A DNA stretch of 64,000 nucleotides from Terriglobia bacterium (GTDB taxonomy: Bacteria; Acidobacteriota; Terriglobia; Acidiferrales; UBA7541), in the NCBI GenBank assembly GCA_041490445.1, contig JBGPTF010000001.1:58442-122441 (forward strand). The letters are read 5' to 3'. The position numbers and the translations under genes are program-made. Within the stretch, counting starts at the first letter, position 1. The number at the start of each line of letters is the position of its first letter. Below the pieces are notes generated by a model that saw nothing but the letters and a program-made list of their open reading frames with translations, made no database searches and had not been told where the DNA came from. Of this stretch, positions 45,370-55,488 are shown piece by piece.

Positions 45370-46455
45370 ATGAATCTCACTGCTCGCATCCGCAAACGGC
45401 TCTCGGAAAGTTTCACGCTTGACGTGAACCTTTCCGTTCCTGTGGGAATTACCATTCTCTTTGGCGCGTCCGGTGCCGGAAAGACAACGCTGCTCCGATG
45501 TCTCGCCGGGCTTTTGCGTCCGGAGGCGGGCTCGGTCAGCATCGGCTCCCGAATGCTGTTCGATTCGGAGCAATCTCTCGACCTGCCCGTCCCCCGACGA
45601 AATGTTGGCTACGTATTCCAAAACCTTGCCCTTTTTCCGCACATGACGGTGGAAGAAAACGTGCAGTTTGGACTTGGCAACATGGATCAAGCAGCTCGAC
45701 ACGAACACACTCAGAAGATTCTGGATTCGTTTCGGATATCGCACTTGGTGAAGCGGAAGCCCAGCGAGATTTCCGGCGGCGAGCGCCAACGCGTGGCTCT
45801 GGCGCGCTCGCTGGTCACCAATCCGTGCTTGTTACTGCTGGATGAGCCGCTTTCCGCGCTCGACTACGCAACACAGTCGCGCATCATCGAGGACCTGCGC
45901 GCATGGAACGCAGCGCGTAGCATCCCGATTCTCTATGTCACGCACACCCACCGCGAAGCCTTTGCTCTGGGTGAGCGCCTCATTGTCCTGGAGAAAGGGC
46001 AGATTCTGGCCGAGGGCACGCCACAAGAAGTGCTCACTTCGCCCGGCTACGAGCCTGTTGCCCAGCTTGCGGGATTCGAGAATTTCTTCGATGCGACCGT
46101 CACTTCGATTCGCGCCGACTCAGGAACCATGCAGTGCCGCATTCACAATACGGACATGGACCTCGAAGTGCCCCTGGCCCGCGTCGCGCCCGGATCGAAG
46201 ATCCGAATCGCTATTCGCGCCGGAGACATCATGGTCGCTACCGAGAAGCCCCGAGGGCTGAGCGCTAGAAACTTGATCCCCGGCAAGATCATTTCTCTCG
46301 TGCAGCAGGGAACATTAGTCATTGCGGAAGTCGATGCTGGTCAGAAATTCGAAGTCCATGTAACACCACATGCCCGCGAAGCGCTCCAATTGCGCGCGGA
46401 TTCGCAGATTTGGCTCGTCATTAAGACCTATTCCTGCCACATCGTGAATTCTTGA
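45370..46455 (+). CDS. modC: Molybdenum import ATP-binding protein with C-terminal TOBE/Mop domain
   Basis: Walker A GASGAGKTT, ISGGERQR and LLLDEPLS. The C-terminal ~120 aa form a TOBE-like beta domain. Confidence 0.85.
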   Translation: MNLTARIRKRLSESFTLDVNLSVPVGITILFGASGAGKTTLLRCLAGLLRPEAGSVSIGSRMLFDSEQSLDLPVPRRNVGYVFQNLALFPHMTVEENVQFGLGNMDQAARHEHTQKILDSFRISHLVKRKPSEISGGERQRVALARSLVTNPCLLLLDEPLSALDYATQSRIIEDLRAWNAARSIPILYVTHTHREAFALGERLIVLEKGQILAEGTPQEVLTSPGYEPVAQLAGFENFFDATVTSIRADSGTMQCRIHNTDMDLEVPLARVAPGSKIRIAIRAGDIMVATEKPRGLSARNLIPGKIISLVQQGTLVIAEVDAGQKFEVHVTPHAREALQLRADSQIWLVIKTYSCHIVNS

Positions 46456-46548
46456 CTTTATGCCAACCCCCAGATGCTCTTAGACACTGATATATTTTGT
46501 CCACATGCTCGCAATAACTCCGGAAAACAGCAACTCGGCTCTTCTGCG

Positions 46549-47610
46549 CTACGGCGCCTTCGCAGCGACGACGCCGATGAACGCGATCGTGTCTCCTTTC
46601 TTCATCGAAGGGACCGCGCAGATGTAAAGGACAACGCCGGCCGAAGGGGAATGGACTTCTTCGACTGTCGCACCAAAATAGTCGGTGACGTAGCCCACTT
46701 TCATCCCCGCCGCAACGTAAGTTCCCCGCCGCACCAGCGGATAGAAGATTCCCGCGTGATCGCTCGAGATCGTGTCGATCTTTTCGATCCAGACGGGATG
46801 CTCAATGATCGTGGCAGCGCCCGGCAGCATTTGCAGATACCGCATCACATTGATGCAGCCGTCCACCAGCGCTGCGACGTCCTCCGGCTCGGTGGTGCCG
46901 GCATAGCCCGCCTCGGCGGCGATGGCCGGCTTGCCTCGCGTTGAAGCAGTGTTGTCCAGGTAACGCGACGTGTTCGCATCCTTCGGCCTGTCCTCGGTAA
47001 TGATGATGGTGTCGAGGCCGAATGCCAGCACCATCTGGTGCGTGATGGCGTCCTGCTTCTCGTTACCGGTTTTGACCCAGTAGCTGTAAGGACGCAGGCT
47101 CTCATCCAGATCGCCGCCGTGGAGATCAATCAAGTAATCGCACTGATTGACGACTTGCTGGGTGATGAGGAACGATGCGCGTTCCGTCTGCGTTCCGTCC
47201 ATCTTCCCGGGATAAAAGCGGTTCATGCTCTTCCCGTCCACGGGATTGACGTGTGGCACCTTCTGTTCGAAGGATGCGAGGTTGACCAGCGGAACGATGA
47301 TCACCGTGCCGGAAACCTCCGCGGGGTCGAGCCGCGCAATCACGCGCTCGAGCGCGATGATCGAGGCATATTCTGTTCCGTGCGCACCCGAAACAAGCGC
47401 AAGGACAGGTCCGGGTTTGGCGCCACGGACGACCACGACGGGAATTCTTGTCGCAGAGTCCACCCCCGCGGGGACTTCGATAAATCCGGTCACCTTTTGC
47501 CCGGGCGCGGCCACTGCCATCCCCACGGTGAAACTCTTCTGCTGGGCGGCTGCTGGCAGCGCGAACAAGAACAGCGGAAACAGCAGAGCAATCTGAGATA
47601 GGCGGCGCAT
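46549..47610 (-). CDS. Secreted succinylglutamate desuccinylase/aspartoacylase-family (M14-like) Zn hydrolase
   Basis: Signal peptide MRRLSQIALLFPLFLFALPAAAQ. SGAHGTEYAS, NR.YPG and DLHGGD motifs. Confidence 0.7.
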   Translation of the reverse strand: MRRLSQIALLFPLFLFALPAAAQQKSFTVGMAVAAPGQKVTGFIEVPAGVDSATRIPVVVVRGAKPGPVLALVSGAHGTEYASIIALERVIARLDPAEVSGTVIIVPLVNLASFEQKVPHVNPVDGKSMNRFYPGKMDGTQTERASFLITQQVVNQCDYLIDLHGGDLDESLRPYSYWVKTGNEKQDAITHQMVLAFGLDTIIITEDRPKDANTSRYLDNTASTRGKPAIAAEAGYAGTTEPEDVAALVDGCINVMRYLQMLPGAATIIEHPVWIEKIDTISSDHAGIFYPLVRRGTYVAAGMKVGYVTDYFGATVEEVHSPSAGVVLYICAVPSMKKGDTIAFIGVVAAKAP

Positions 47611-47807
47611 ACTTCCTCCTTGCATTCGACCAAGCGATAGCGACAGAGTATACCTCGTGCGAGCGCTTCCAATTGAAGGACAAAATGGGTAACGGCCCTG
47701 CTGCTGCCTTCGTCAAATGAATTAAAAGAGTGGTCGCTTGTTGGGGGTAGCGATGAATTTGCCGGTTATTTTCCTGTTTTGTAGTTTTGCAGTCGTGAGG
47801 GTATCCC

Positions 47808-48287
47808 ATGGTTAGGGTTACGAAACTGAATGTGAATGGAAGCGTCGTCTCGGTTGATGCGGACGCGGATGTCAACCTGCTCAGCGTCTTGCGCGAGCAA
47901 CTCGATTTGACAGGCAGCAAGTATGGTTGCGGCGAAGGGCAATGCGGCGCCTGCACGGTCCTGATCAACGGGAATCCCCGCCGGTCCTGTATCACGCCGG
48001 TCGGCGCGGCGGCGGGAAAGCAAATCACGACCATCGAAGGCCTGGCCGCAAATGGACGGCTGCATCCGGTCCAGGAAGCGTTCCTCGAAGAGGGCGCGAT
48101 GCAATGCGCCTTTTGCACGTCGGGAATGATCATGACCGCTTCCGCGCTTCTGCAAGTCAATCCGAATCCCTCCGACAAGGACATTTCGCAATTCATGCAG
48201 GGCAATATCTGCCGCTGCGGAACCTATCCGCGCGTCTTGGTTGCCATACGGCGCGCCGCCAAGGCCCTGAAGGAGTCGGCCCGATGA
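47808..48287 (+). CDS. (2Fe-2S)-binding small subunit of a xanthine-dehydrogenase-family Mo-hydroxylase (IorA-like)
   Basis: CGEGQCGACTV and CAFCTSG..C.CG cluster motifs. Confidence 0.9.
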   Translation: MVRVTKLNVNGSVVSVDADADVNLLSVLREQLDLTGSKYGCGEGQCGACTVLINGNPRRSCITPVGAAAGKQITTIEGLAANGRLHPVQEAFLEEGAMQCAFCTSGMIMTASALLQVNPNPSDKDISQFMQGNICRCGTYPRVLVAIRRAAKALKESAR

Positions 48288-50458
48288 GCGACAAACTGAC
48301 GTTTTACAATTCGGCGGAGCCGGAACGTTACGAGCTTACGGCGCCACGCACCTACCACTTCGACGTGGATCGCCGCGACTTCTTCAAGTTTCTCGGCGCG
48401 GGCGCTTTGGTCGTCTGCGTCTTGAAAGATGCGTCGGCGTTTCAGGAATCCGGCGCGGCACGGCGGCAGTTCGGCGAAGCGCTTCCCAAGGAAATCGGAG
48501 CCTGGCTGCACATCGGTGAAAGTGGCGTGGTAACTGTTTACACCGGCAAGGTGGAGGTGGGACAGAATATCCGCACGTCACTCAGCCAGGCCGTTGCCGA
48601 AGAGCTGCATTTTCCGATCGGACAAATCGAACTGGTCATGGGCGACACAAAGCTCACCCCGTTCGATATGGGCACCTTCGGTAGCCGGACCACTCCAACG
48701 ATGAACCTGCAACTCCGCAAGGTCGCCTCCGCCGCTCGCGAACTGCTCATCGATCTGGCAGCGGAGAAATGGCAGGTCGATCGCAAGCGCCTCAGCGCCG
48801 CGGACGGACGAATCACCGATGCCACCACAAAGCACTCGATCGCGTATGCCGAACTTGTGAAGGGCCGCGAGCTGACACAAGACATCTCTGCCGATGATCC
48901 ACTCGCTCCCGCCGCCGCATGGACAGTCGCGGGCAAATCAACGCCCAAGATTGGCGGTCGAGATTTCGTCACGGGCAAGCACCGGTATCCGTCCGACCAG
49001 AAATTACCGGACATGCTGTACGGCAAGGTTTTGCGTCCTGCATCGTTTGGTGCTGCGCTGATTTCGGTCGATACTCATGTAGCGGAGCAGATTCCCGGCG
49101 TCAAGGTCGTCCACGACGGCAATTTCGTTGGCGTCGCGGCACCCAGCGAGGAAACCGCGTCCCGGGCGCTTTCTGCCATCCAGGCTGAATGGAAATCTGA
49201 ACCACAGCCTTCGAGCAGTGAAATCTTCGACTATCTAAAGCAGAATCCCATCGAAGAAAGCGGCCGAGACGACTCCGGCAAACACGAAACGGGCTCCGTG
49301 GAACAGGCTTTGGCTGCTGCCGATCATCGCCTCGAACAAACGTACACCGTGGCCTACATTGCCCACACACCACTTGAGCCTCGCGCCGCCCTGGCGCAAT
49401 GGACGGGCGACATCTTGACAGTCTGGACGGGCACGCAGCGGCCATTCGGCGTGCGCAGCGAGCTTGCAGAGACGTTTCACATTCCCGAAGATCACGTTCG
49501 GGTCCTGATGCCGGATACAGGCTCGGGATACGGCGGCAAGCACACGGGAGAAACCGCCGTGGAAGCGGCGCGACTTGCGCGCACAGCCGGGCGGCCGGTC
49601 AAAGTGGTGTGGACTCGCGAAGAGGAGTTTACGTGGGCTTATTTCCGCCCCGCCGGCGTGATCGAAGTGCGCAGCGGAGTGCGCAGCGACGGGACAATCA
49701 CAGCTTGGGAATTCCACAATTACAATTCAGGCGCCGCCGCCATCCGGACCTACTATGACATTCCCAATCAGAAAATCGAGTTTCACCCGACCAAGTATCC
49801 ACTCCGGCAAGGTTCGTACCGCGGACTGGCGGCGACCGCCAACCATTTTGCGCGCGAATCGCACATGGACGATCTGGCGCATCTCGTCAAGATGGATCCA
49901 CTCGAATTCCGCCTCAAGAACTTGAAAGACGAGCAGCTGCGCGCCGTCTTTGAGGCCGCCGCCAAACGGTTTGGCTGGGGTCGCGCGAAAACCGCGCAAG
50001 GCCAGGGCTTCGGTATCGGCGGCGGATTTGAGAAGGGCGGCAACGTCGCGACGTGCGCCGAAGTCTCCATCAATCGCGCGAGCGGTGAAGTGAAAGTCGT
50101 CCGCGTCGTCACGGCGTTCGAGTGCGGGGCTATCGTCAACCCCGACGGCCTGCACAATCAAGTCGAAGGCGCCATTCTCATGGGACTCGGCGGAGCGCTC
50201 TTTGAGTCCATCAAATTCGAAAATGGCCGGATCCTCAACCCTCGCTTCTCCGATTATCGAGTTCCACGCTTCAGTGAAGTTCCTGCGCTCGAGACGATCC
50301 TGCTTGACCGCAAGGACATTCCTTCGGCCGGCGCGGGTGAAACTCCCATCGTTGGACTGGCACCTGCCATCGGCAACGCAATCTTCGACGCCACGGGCAT
50401 CCGGCTGCGTTCTTTGCCGATGGTTCCCGATGGATTGAAGCCGCCGGGCAAGAGTTGA
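48284..50458 (+). CDS. Molybdopterin-binding large subunit (IorB/aldehyde oxidoreductase-like), Tat-signal
   Basis: ATGA overlap with the small subunit. RRDFFKFLGAG twin-arginine motif. 724 aa with MoCo-domain blocks (GQNIRTSL, GSRTT, GSGYGGK, NPRFSDYRVPR). Confidence 0.85.
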   Translation: MSDKLTFYNSAEPERYELTAPRTYHFDVDRRDFFKFLGAGALVVCVLKDASAFQESGAARRQFGEALPKEIGAWLHIGESGVVTVYTGKVEVGQNIRTSLSQAVAEELHFPIGQIELVMGDTKLTPFDMGTFGSRTTPTMNLQLRKVASAARELLIDLAAEKWQVDRKRLSAADGRITDATTKHSIAYAELVKGRELTQDISADDPLAPAAAWTVAGKSTPKIGGRDFVTGKHRYPSDQKLPDMLYGKVLRPASFGAALISVDTHVAEQIPGVKVVHDGNFVGVAAPSEETASRALSAIQAEWKSEPQPSSSEIFDYLKQNPIEESGRDDSGKHETGSVEQALAAADHRLEQTYTVAYIAHTPLEPRAALAQWTGDILTVWTGTQRPFGVRSELAETFHIPEDHVRVLMPDTGSGYGGKHTGETAVEAARLARTAGRPVKVVWTREEEFTWAYFRPAGVIEVRSGVRSDGTITAWEFHNYNSGAAAIRTYYDIPNQKIEFHPTKYPLRQGSYRGLAATANHFARESHMDDLAHLVKMDPLEFRLKNLKDEQLRAVFEAAAKRFGWGRAKTAQGQGFGIGGGFEKGGNVATCAEVSINRASGEVKVVRVVTAFECGAIVNPDGLHNQVEGAILMGLGGALFESIKFENGRILNPRFSDYRVPRFSEVPALETILLDRKDIPSAGAGETPIVGLAPAIGNAIFDATGIRLRSLPMVPDGLKPPGKS

Positions 50459-50605
50459 TCTACATCGGTCCGACAGCAGCGCCAGATGGAGAGAGTTCGC
50501 TCTCCCGATGCTTCAACATCGATGATTTAGTCGTGTGTGGACACGGACACGGCGAACGCAGCGCTGGGAGAGACTTCTCAAGGCTTCCCTGTGGATGGCT
50601 AGAGA

Positions 50606-50634
50606 GAGCGAGCCGGCGCAGGCCCGGCCCGCTC
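50606..50634 (-). terminator. Terminator-like hairpin 3' of the cold-shock gene
   Basis: 11-bp stem GAGCGGGCCGG/CCGGCUCGCUC (one G-U), 7-nt loop, then UCUCU. Begins 8 nt after the stop. Confidence 0.5.
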
Positions 50635-50641
50635 GACAAGT

Positions 50642-50845
50642 TTAGAGGCTGGTGACGTTCGCGGCCTGCAGGCCCTTGGGGCCGGTGGTGACCTCGAATT
50701 CAACCGCCTGACCTTCGTTCAGCGACTTGTACCCTTCCCCTTGAATCGCGGAGAAGTGGACGAAAACGTCCTCGCCGGACTGGCGCTGGATGAACCCGTA
50801 GCCCTTGCTTGCGTTGAACCACTTTACTGTGCCTTGTTCTTTCAC
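50642..50845 (-). CDS. Cold-shock protein (CspA family)
   Basis: GTG start at 50843-50845 after [26 protein letters not shown] (RNP1) and VFVHFSAI (RNP2). 67 aa. Confidence 0.9.
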   Translation of the reverse strand: MKEQGTVKWFNASKGYGFIQRQSGEDVFVHFSAIQGEGYKSLNEGQAVEFEVTTGPKGLQAANVTSL

Positions 50846-50906
50846 TGTTGTTTCTTCCTTTTTCTTAAGCTGTTTGATGCCCGTCGAACGCCTCCAGCCG
50901 TAAAGC

Positions 50907-50941
50907 AAAAGGGGCTGCAAGTTTGGACTTGCAGCCCCTTT
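50907..50941 (-). promoter_or_regulatory. Terminator-like hairpin in the presumed csp 5' leader
   Basis: 11-bp perfect stem GGGGCUGCAAG/CUUGCAGCCCC with a 6-nt loop, followed on the minus strand by UUUUGCUUU. Ends 66 nt upstream of the csp start. Confidence 0.5.
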
Positions 50942-51219
50942 AAACGAATCTAAAGGTCTTACAAGAGCAGCAAACGCAAGAGGACAGTACCACGGTCTTC
51001 CCGCCGACCAAAGTCAAATATTTTTCAGGGGCGACCCGGGGGGCGAAAGAAAATCTCGAAGCAAGAGATCGCGTCGCCGGATCCCCCCTGTCGCGCTGTG
51101 TTGACTTCGCGCGCAAGGAGTCGTGAGGAGGCGAATGCACTCCGGAAGGTGCTGCTTGCACGTTCTGGCTCCAAGCGACAGAATGAAGCCTTTGAATCCC
51201 AATCGGGCCGAGGCTGCGC

Positions 51220-51717
51220 ATGACAACCGAATCACCATCACGAGACGAGAGCCGCCAACTGCTTCGCCATACCGTCGCCACGCTGGCTTACCGAGGCGGG
51301 AAAGCCCTGCGCGGCGCACCGGGGAACTTCGGCGAATTTAGCATTGCGCAGACGACGCGGACACCTCTGCAAATCCTCGCCCATCTCGGCGACCTGTTCG
51401 ACTGGGCCCTTTCCCTGGCAAAAGGGAAAGAGACGTGGAATAACTCGACGCCACTGCCCTGGGACAAGGAAGTGAAAAGATTCTTCGGCACGCTTCAGGC
51501 GTTTGAGGACTATCTGGTTTCCAACCTCACCTTGCATACCCCGCCCGAAAAGCTATTTCAGGGCCCGGTAGCGGACGCGCTGTCGCATGTCGGACAAATC
51601 GCGATGCTCCGCCGCGTGGCTGCCTCCCCTATTCGGGGCGAGAATTATTTGCGCGCTGAAATCGTTGCCGGTCGCGTCGGCCCTGAGCAGACAGCCCCTC
51701 GGCGCGAATTCGATTAG
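51220..51717 (+). CDS. DinB-like four-helix-bundle protein
   Basis: 165 aa. Spaced His residues in predicted helices (LRHTVATLAYR, ILAHLGDLFDW, ALSHVGQIAMLRR). The family call is tentative. Confidence 0.45.
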   Translation: MTTESPSRDESRQLLRHTVATLAYRGGKALRGAPGNFGEFSIAQTTRTPLQILAHLGDLFDWALSLAKGKETWNNSTPLPWDKEVKRFFGTLQAFEDYLVSNLTLHTPPEKLFQGPVADALSHVGQIAMLRRVAASPIRGENYLRAEIVAGRVGPEQTAPRREFD

Positions 51718-51787
51718 CGTTTCTCAAAGGGCCCCATTCTCCGATGACGTGGCAGCGCGGCCGTGATACGCTCTCCGCCTAATCTCC

Positions 51788-52387
51788 ATGTTCTTGAGAG
51801 TTTCCACCGCCATACTGCTGCTCATCGCGATCTTCCCCGCCTTCGCGGACGACGAATTCACTCTTTACGAACTTCTGCCGCCGGACACACATCAGTTCGC
51901 CATCACCTATGACGTGACCACAAGCCGCGAGGGCGCCCGCTTCTTTCTGAATCCCATCCGGCCCGGATCGGTCGCCTCGAAAGAACGTATGGTCGAACGC
52001 AGCACCGGGCAGGAGCTCCAATTCGAGACCATCGATGGGAAAAAGGCCAAGGCGGAGGGACTCGCATCCCCGAAGACGCCAGACGCTGACCTTTTCCTGA
52101 AGGTTCATTTGCCGGGCCCCGTGCCGAAGGGCGGCGAAACGCGCATCCGCATTTTCAAGACCTATACGGACGCGGCGTCTTATTACGTGAAAGACGGACA
52201 GCTCGTCTTCGAGCGGCCGCTCGGCATCAAACGCAATGTCGTCGTCTTGCCGCCCGGCTGGGAGTTGATGGGTTGCGCTTCGCCGGCCATTGTCTCCACC
52301 GATCCGGAGGGCCGCATCCGCGTCAGCTTCTTGAATGATCGGGACGACCAGTTGCCGGTCACGATCGTCGCCCGGAGGCTGCCGTGA
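51788..52387 (+). CDS. Secreted protein of unknown function, paralogue 1
   Basis: Has a signal peptide. Shares THQF.I..D.T.SR.G, RIR..(K/E)TYTD, LP.GW.L and GRI...F.N.R.D.L...I.ARR with the next gene. Confidence 0.6.
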   Translation: MFLRVSTAILLLIAIFPAFADDEFTLYELLPPDTHQFAITYDVTTSREGARFFLNPIRPGSVASKERMVERSTGQELQFETIDGKKAKAEGLASPKTPDADLFLKVHLPGPVPKGGETRIRIFKTYTDAASYYVKDGQLVFERPLGIKRNVVVLPPGWELMGCASPAIVSTDPEGRIRVSFLNDRDDQLPVTIVARRLP

Positions 52388-53052
52388 AAAAGGCGCTGCT
52401 GATGTTGTTCCTGCTGGCGCCGCTCACGGTCGCCGCCCAGTTTCATCGCGCCGAGCAGGACCGCGAAATCAGCTATTGGCTGCTTGACCCGGCGACCCAT
52501 CAATTCTTCATCTCGCACGATTTCACTGTTTCCCGACCGGGGCAAAAATACGTTCACAGTTTCGTGCGCAAAGGCAGCGTCGTCGCTTCTGATTCAAGAA
52601 TGATGGATCTCGATACAGGCCAGCCACTGAAGACCTACACGGTTACAGGGAAGGAAGTGAATGCCCTCGGCTATTATCCCCAGCCAACCGATCCGGAATC
52701 CGGGGTTGTGCAGGGCGAACTCGCGCATCCTCTGGGAAATGGCCAATCCGCGAGAATCCGCGTGCAGGAGACGTACACCGATCCGGTCGGTTATACCGTG
52801 GGAAACGGCAAGTTGGCCTGGAAGCGCACGCTGGGCCGCTCGTTGAACCGCGTCACGCTTCCCGCGGGATGGATGCTGACCTCGGTGAACACGCCCGCGT
52901 TGATTTCGCAGGACGATTCGGGGCGCATCGTCCTGCGATTCACGAATCCTCGCAACGACGAACTCTCGATCGAAATCAAGGCACGCCGTCGCAACGCCCC
53001 AGCTTCCAGGGGCGATCTTTCTCGCTCTCAGCCACACAAACTGGGATTTTAG
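52384..53052 (+). CDS. Secreted protein of unknown function, paralogue 2
   Basis: ATGA/GTGA-type 4-nt overlap with paralogue 1. Signal peptide MKKALLMLFLLAPLTVAAQ. Same motif set as paralogue 1. Confidence 0.6.
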   Translation: MKKALLMLFLLAPLTVAAQFHRAEQDREISYWLLDPATHQFFISHDFTVSRPGQKYVHSFVRKGSVVASDSRMMDLDTGQPLKTYTVTGKEVNALGYYPQPTDPESGVVQGELAHPLGNGQSARIRVQETYTDPVGYTVGNGKLAWKRTLGRSLNRVTLPAGWMLTSVNTPALISQDDSGRIVLRFTNPRNDELSIEIKARRRNAPASRGDLSRSQPHKLGF

Positions 53053-53414
53053 GACTTTTTTGGCGGAGGAATCTCCGTAGTCCGCAGCTCGTCTTCGATG
53101 GCGAGCCGAGCTTCCGAGGGAATCTGGATAAACTCCACGCCGATGCCGACGCCCGGAAGACAGTAGCGGACCTCGGCACGGGCGTTCACCTCGTAGCGCG
53201 AGCGGGCAAGTCGAAAGCGGACTTTGAGCACCGCCCCTTCGGGGAAATGACGAGGCGTTTGGATGAACATCCCGCGCGAGCTCAGGTCGGGAGGTCGCAG
53301 GGGAACTTCTTCACTGTAACCTTCGTAGGTGATCCACAACTCGCGGAAATGCGCATAATAACGCCTGTCCTGGCGCTCTGTGATGCCGGACTTGATTCCG
53401 GATGAAGAACTCAT
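53049..53414 (-). CDS. PilZ domain protein
   Basis: RQDRR (RxxxR) and DLSSRG (DxSxxG) at the canonical spacing. The start overlaps the ATPase stop (ATGA). Confidence 0.75.
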   Translation of the reverse strand: MSSSSGIKSGITERQDRRYYAHFRELWITYEGYSEEVPLRPPDLSSRGMFIQTPRHFPEGAVLKVRFRLARSRYEVNARAEVRYCLPGVGIGVEFIQIPSEARLAIEDELRTTEIPPPKKS

Positions 53415-55282
53415 GCTGAATTGCCTCCGTGGCCGACCAGTGCGGGAGCGTTTGGAAGATTCACACTTCTTTTCTTGCCGCAATAGGGACAAAACAAGAA
53501 AGTCTGCGCCTGTTCGCGCCCGCACTCGAGGCAGCGAAGACCTGTGAATTGTTCGAAAGGCACGACGCGCATAAGCTCCGCCAGGGTCGTTAGACCCAGC
53601 CGCGCCTTCTCCAGCGCGTCTTCCTGCATGGTTTTCATACCGTTGTTCCGTGCCAACGTCCGGATTTCGTCGGGGCGGCCACCGGAACGAATCGAATCTC
53701 GGATTTGTTCGTCGAAGACCAGCATCTCAAAGATGCCGACCCGGCCCTTGTAGCCGGTATTGTCACAGACATCGCAGCCAACCGGGGAATTCATCGGCCC
53801 GCCCGGATCTTCGATCCCCGCAGCGAGCAACTGCGCGACATATTCCGGTGTCGGTGCAACCTGTTCGTGGCAGGAGCAAAGCTTCCGGACCAGGCGCTGA
53901 GACATGATCGCGGTCACCGAAGAGGCGATCAGAAACGGGGCAATCTGCAAGTCGAGCAAGCGAATGATGGCAGCGATGCTGTCATTCGTATGAACGGTGG
54001 TCAGGACAAGGTGGCCGGTCTGCGCGGCCTTCAACGCAATCTCCGCAGTCTCTCCGTCGCGGATTTCCCCCACCATGATGATATTCGGATCCTGCCGGAG
54101 GATCGAACGAAGGCACTTGGAAAAGGTCAAGCCGGCTTTCGTGTTCACCTGGACCTGGTTGACACCTTCCAGCATGTATTCAACCGGATCCTCCACCGTG
54201 ATGATATTCACGCTGGGTGAGCGGAGTTGATGGAGTGCCGCGTAGAGGGTGGTGGTCTTCCCCGAACCAGTCGGCCCGGTGACGAGAAGCATACCTTGCG
54301 GCCTCTCCAAGATACGACTCAGTGAATCACACGATTCTGGAGACATGCCCAGGTCGGGAAACTGGAGCCGGGGAGCGCTCGGGTCGAGCAGCCGAATGAC
54401 CACTTTCTCCCCGTGGTGCGTTGGCAAAGTGGAGATCCGGAGATCCAACTGTTTTGGCCCCACCCGAACCACGATGCGACCATCTTGTGGCTTCCGCCGC
54501 TCCGCGATGTCCATATCTGCCAGGATTTTCACGCGCGACGTGACGAGAGTTTGTAATTCATTAGGAACTTGCATGACTTCGCGTAAGACTCCGTCGACCC
54601 GCATACGCACGACCATGCCCTGCGCCTGCGGCTCGATGTGAATGTCACTGGCATCTTTTGCGACCGCCGCGGCGATGATTGCCGAAACCATCCGCACAGC
54701 AGGAGAGGGCTGTGTGCGCAGTTCGCTTTGAATCTCCTGCAGCGCCTCCTGGTTGCTCTGGCGGGAGGCCGTACTGACGAATTCCACATTTACGGAGTCG
54801 GTTTCTCCGACCGGCTTTCTTGGCTCTGCTTCCTCTGCTTCGGGGGCACTCGCGGACCCTCCATAATGTTTCTCGATCGCGCCCAGAATCTCGCTCCGAA
54901 AGCCGAGCCGGGGAGAAATTACTTTCCCAGCGATGAAACTGAGTTCGTCAATCGTATGAAGGTTTTGAGGCTCCGCCATCACCATGACGATCTTCTGGCC
55001 TTCGATTCTGAGCGGAAGGGCGCAATGCTTGACGGCCATGTTGCGCGGGATGACTTTCAGAGCTTCGGGATCGATCGCGACGGTTCGGCAATCCACATGA
55101 TGGAGCTTGGTGATTTCTTGGAGCGCGGCGACAAGATTCTCTCTGCCGACAAGTCCGCGCTGGAGCAGCACTTCACCCAGAAGGCTGACCTTCCGGTGCT
55201 GCTCGTCCAGCGCCTTCGAGAGGTCTTCCGGGGAAATATGTCCGCGCTCGCGGAGCAGTTCGCCTAGTTTCTTCTTTCCCAT
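53411..55282 (-). CDS. GspE/PilB/MshE-family secretion ATPase with N-terminal MshEN-like domain and extra C-terminal zinc ribbon
   Basis: Walker A GPTGSGKTTT, Asp/His boxes and the tetracysteine CDVCDNTGYKGR. The N-terminus KLGELLRERGHISPEDLSKALDEQ-HRKVS-LLGEVLLQRGLVGRENLVAALQEI resembles the tandem 24-residue MshEN motif. The C-terminus contains CLECG..x10..CPYCG. Confidence 0.85.
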   Translation of the reverse strand: MGKKKLGELLRERGHISPEDLSKALDEQHRKVSLLGEVLLQRGLVGRENLVAALQEITKLHHVDCRTVAIDPEALKVIPRNMAVKHCALPLRIEGQKIVMVMAEPQNLHTIDELSFIAGKVISPRLGFRSEILGAIEKHYGGSASAPEAEEAEPRKPVGETDSVNVEFVSTASRQSNQEALQEIQSELRTQPSPAVRMVSAIIAAAVAKDASDIHIEPQAQGMVVRMRVDGVLREVMQVPNELQTLVTSRVKILADMDIAERRKPQDGRIVVRVGPKQLDLRISTLPTHHGEKVVIRLLDPSAPRLQFPDLGMSPESCDSLSRILERPQGMLLVTGPTGSGKTTTLYAALHQLRSPSVNIITVEDPVEYMLEGVNQVQVNTKAGLTFSKCLRSILRQDPNIIMVGEIRDGETAEIALKAAQTGHLVLTTVHTNDSIAAIIRLLDLQIAPFLIASSVTAIMSQRLVRKLCSCHEQVAPTPEYVAQLLAAGIEDPGGPMNSPVGCDVCDNTGYKGRVGIFEMLVFDEQIRDSIRSGGRPDEIRTLARNNGMKTMQEDALEKARLGLTTLAELMRVVPFEQFTGLRCLECGREQAQTFLFCPYCGKKRSVNLPNAPALVGHGGNSA

Positions 55283-55488
55283 TTTGCGATATTCAACTGT
55301 TGAGCGCCGACGCGTCCCGAGTCAATAGAACCAACCCCTTTAGTTCCGATGAGTTACACCTCCAGCATGCTATCCTCCACGTAGTGTGCCACTCTGATAC
55401 GGCACCAACAGAACGGGATATGGTAAGTTTAGGCAGTCGAGTTTAGGCAGTCGAGTTCCGGCGACCGCGTGCGGAGTGCGTGGACACA

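Noticed and set aside
47126-48205. 359-aa minus-strand ORF spanning the AstE-family gene start and the 2Fe-2S subunit gene
   Set aside because: It crosses an intergenic region and two well-supported genes on different strands. The composition is nonsense-like.
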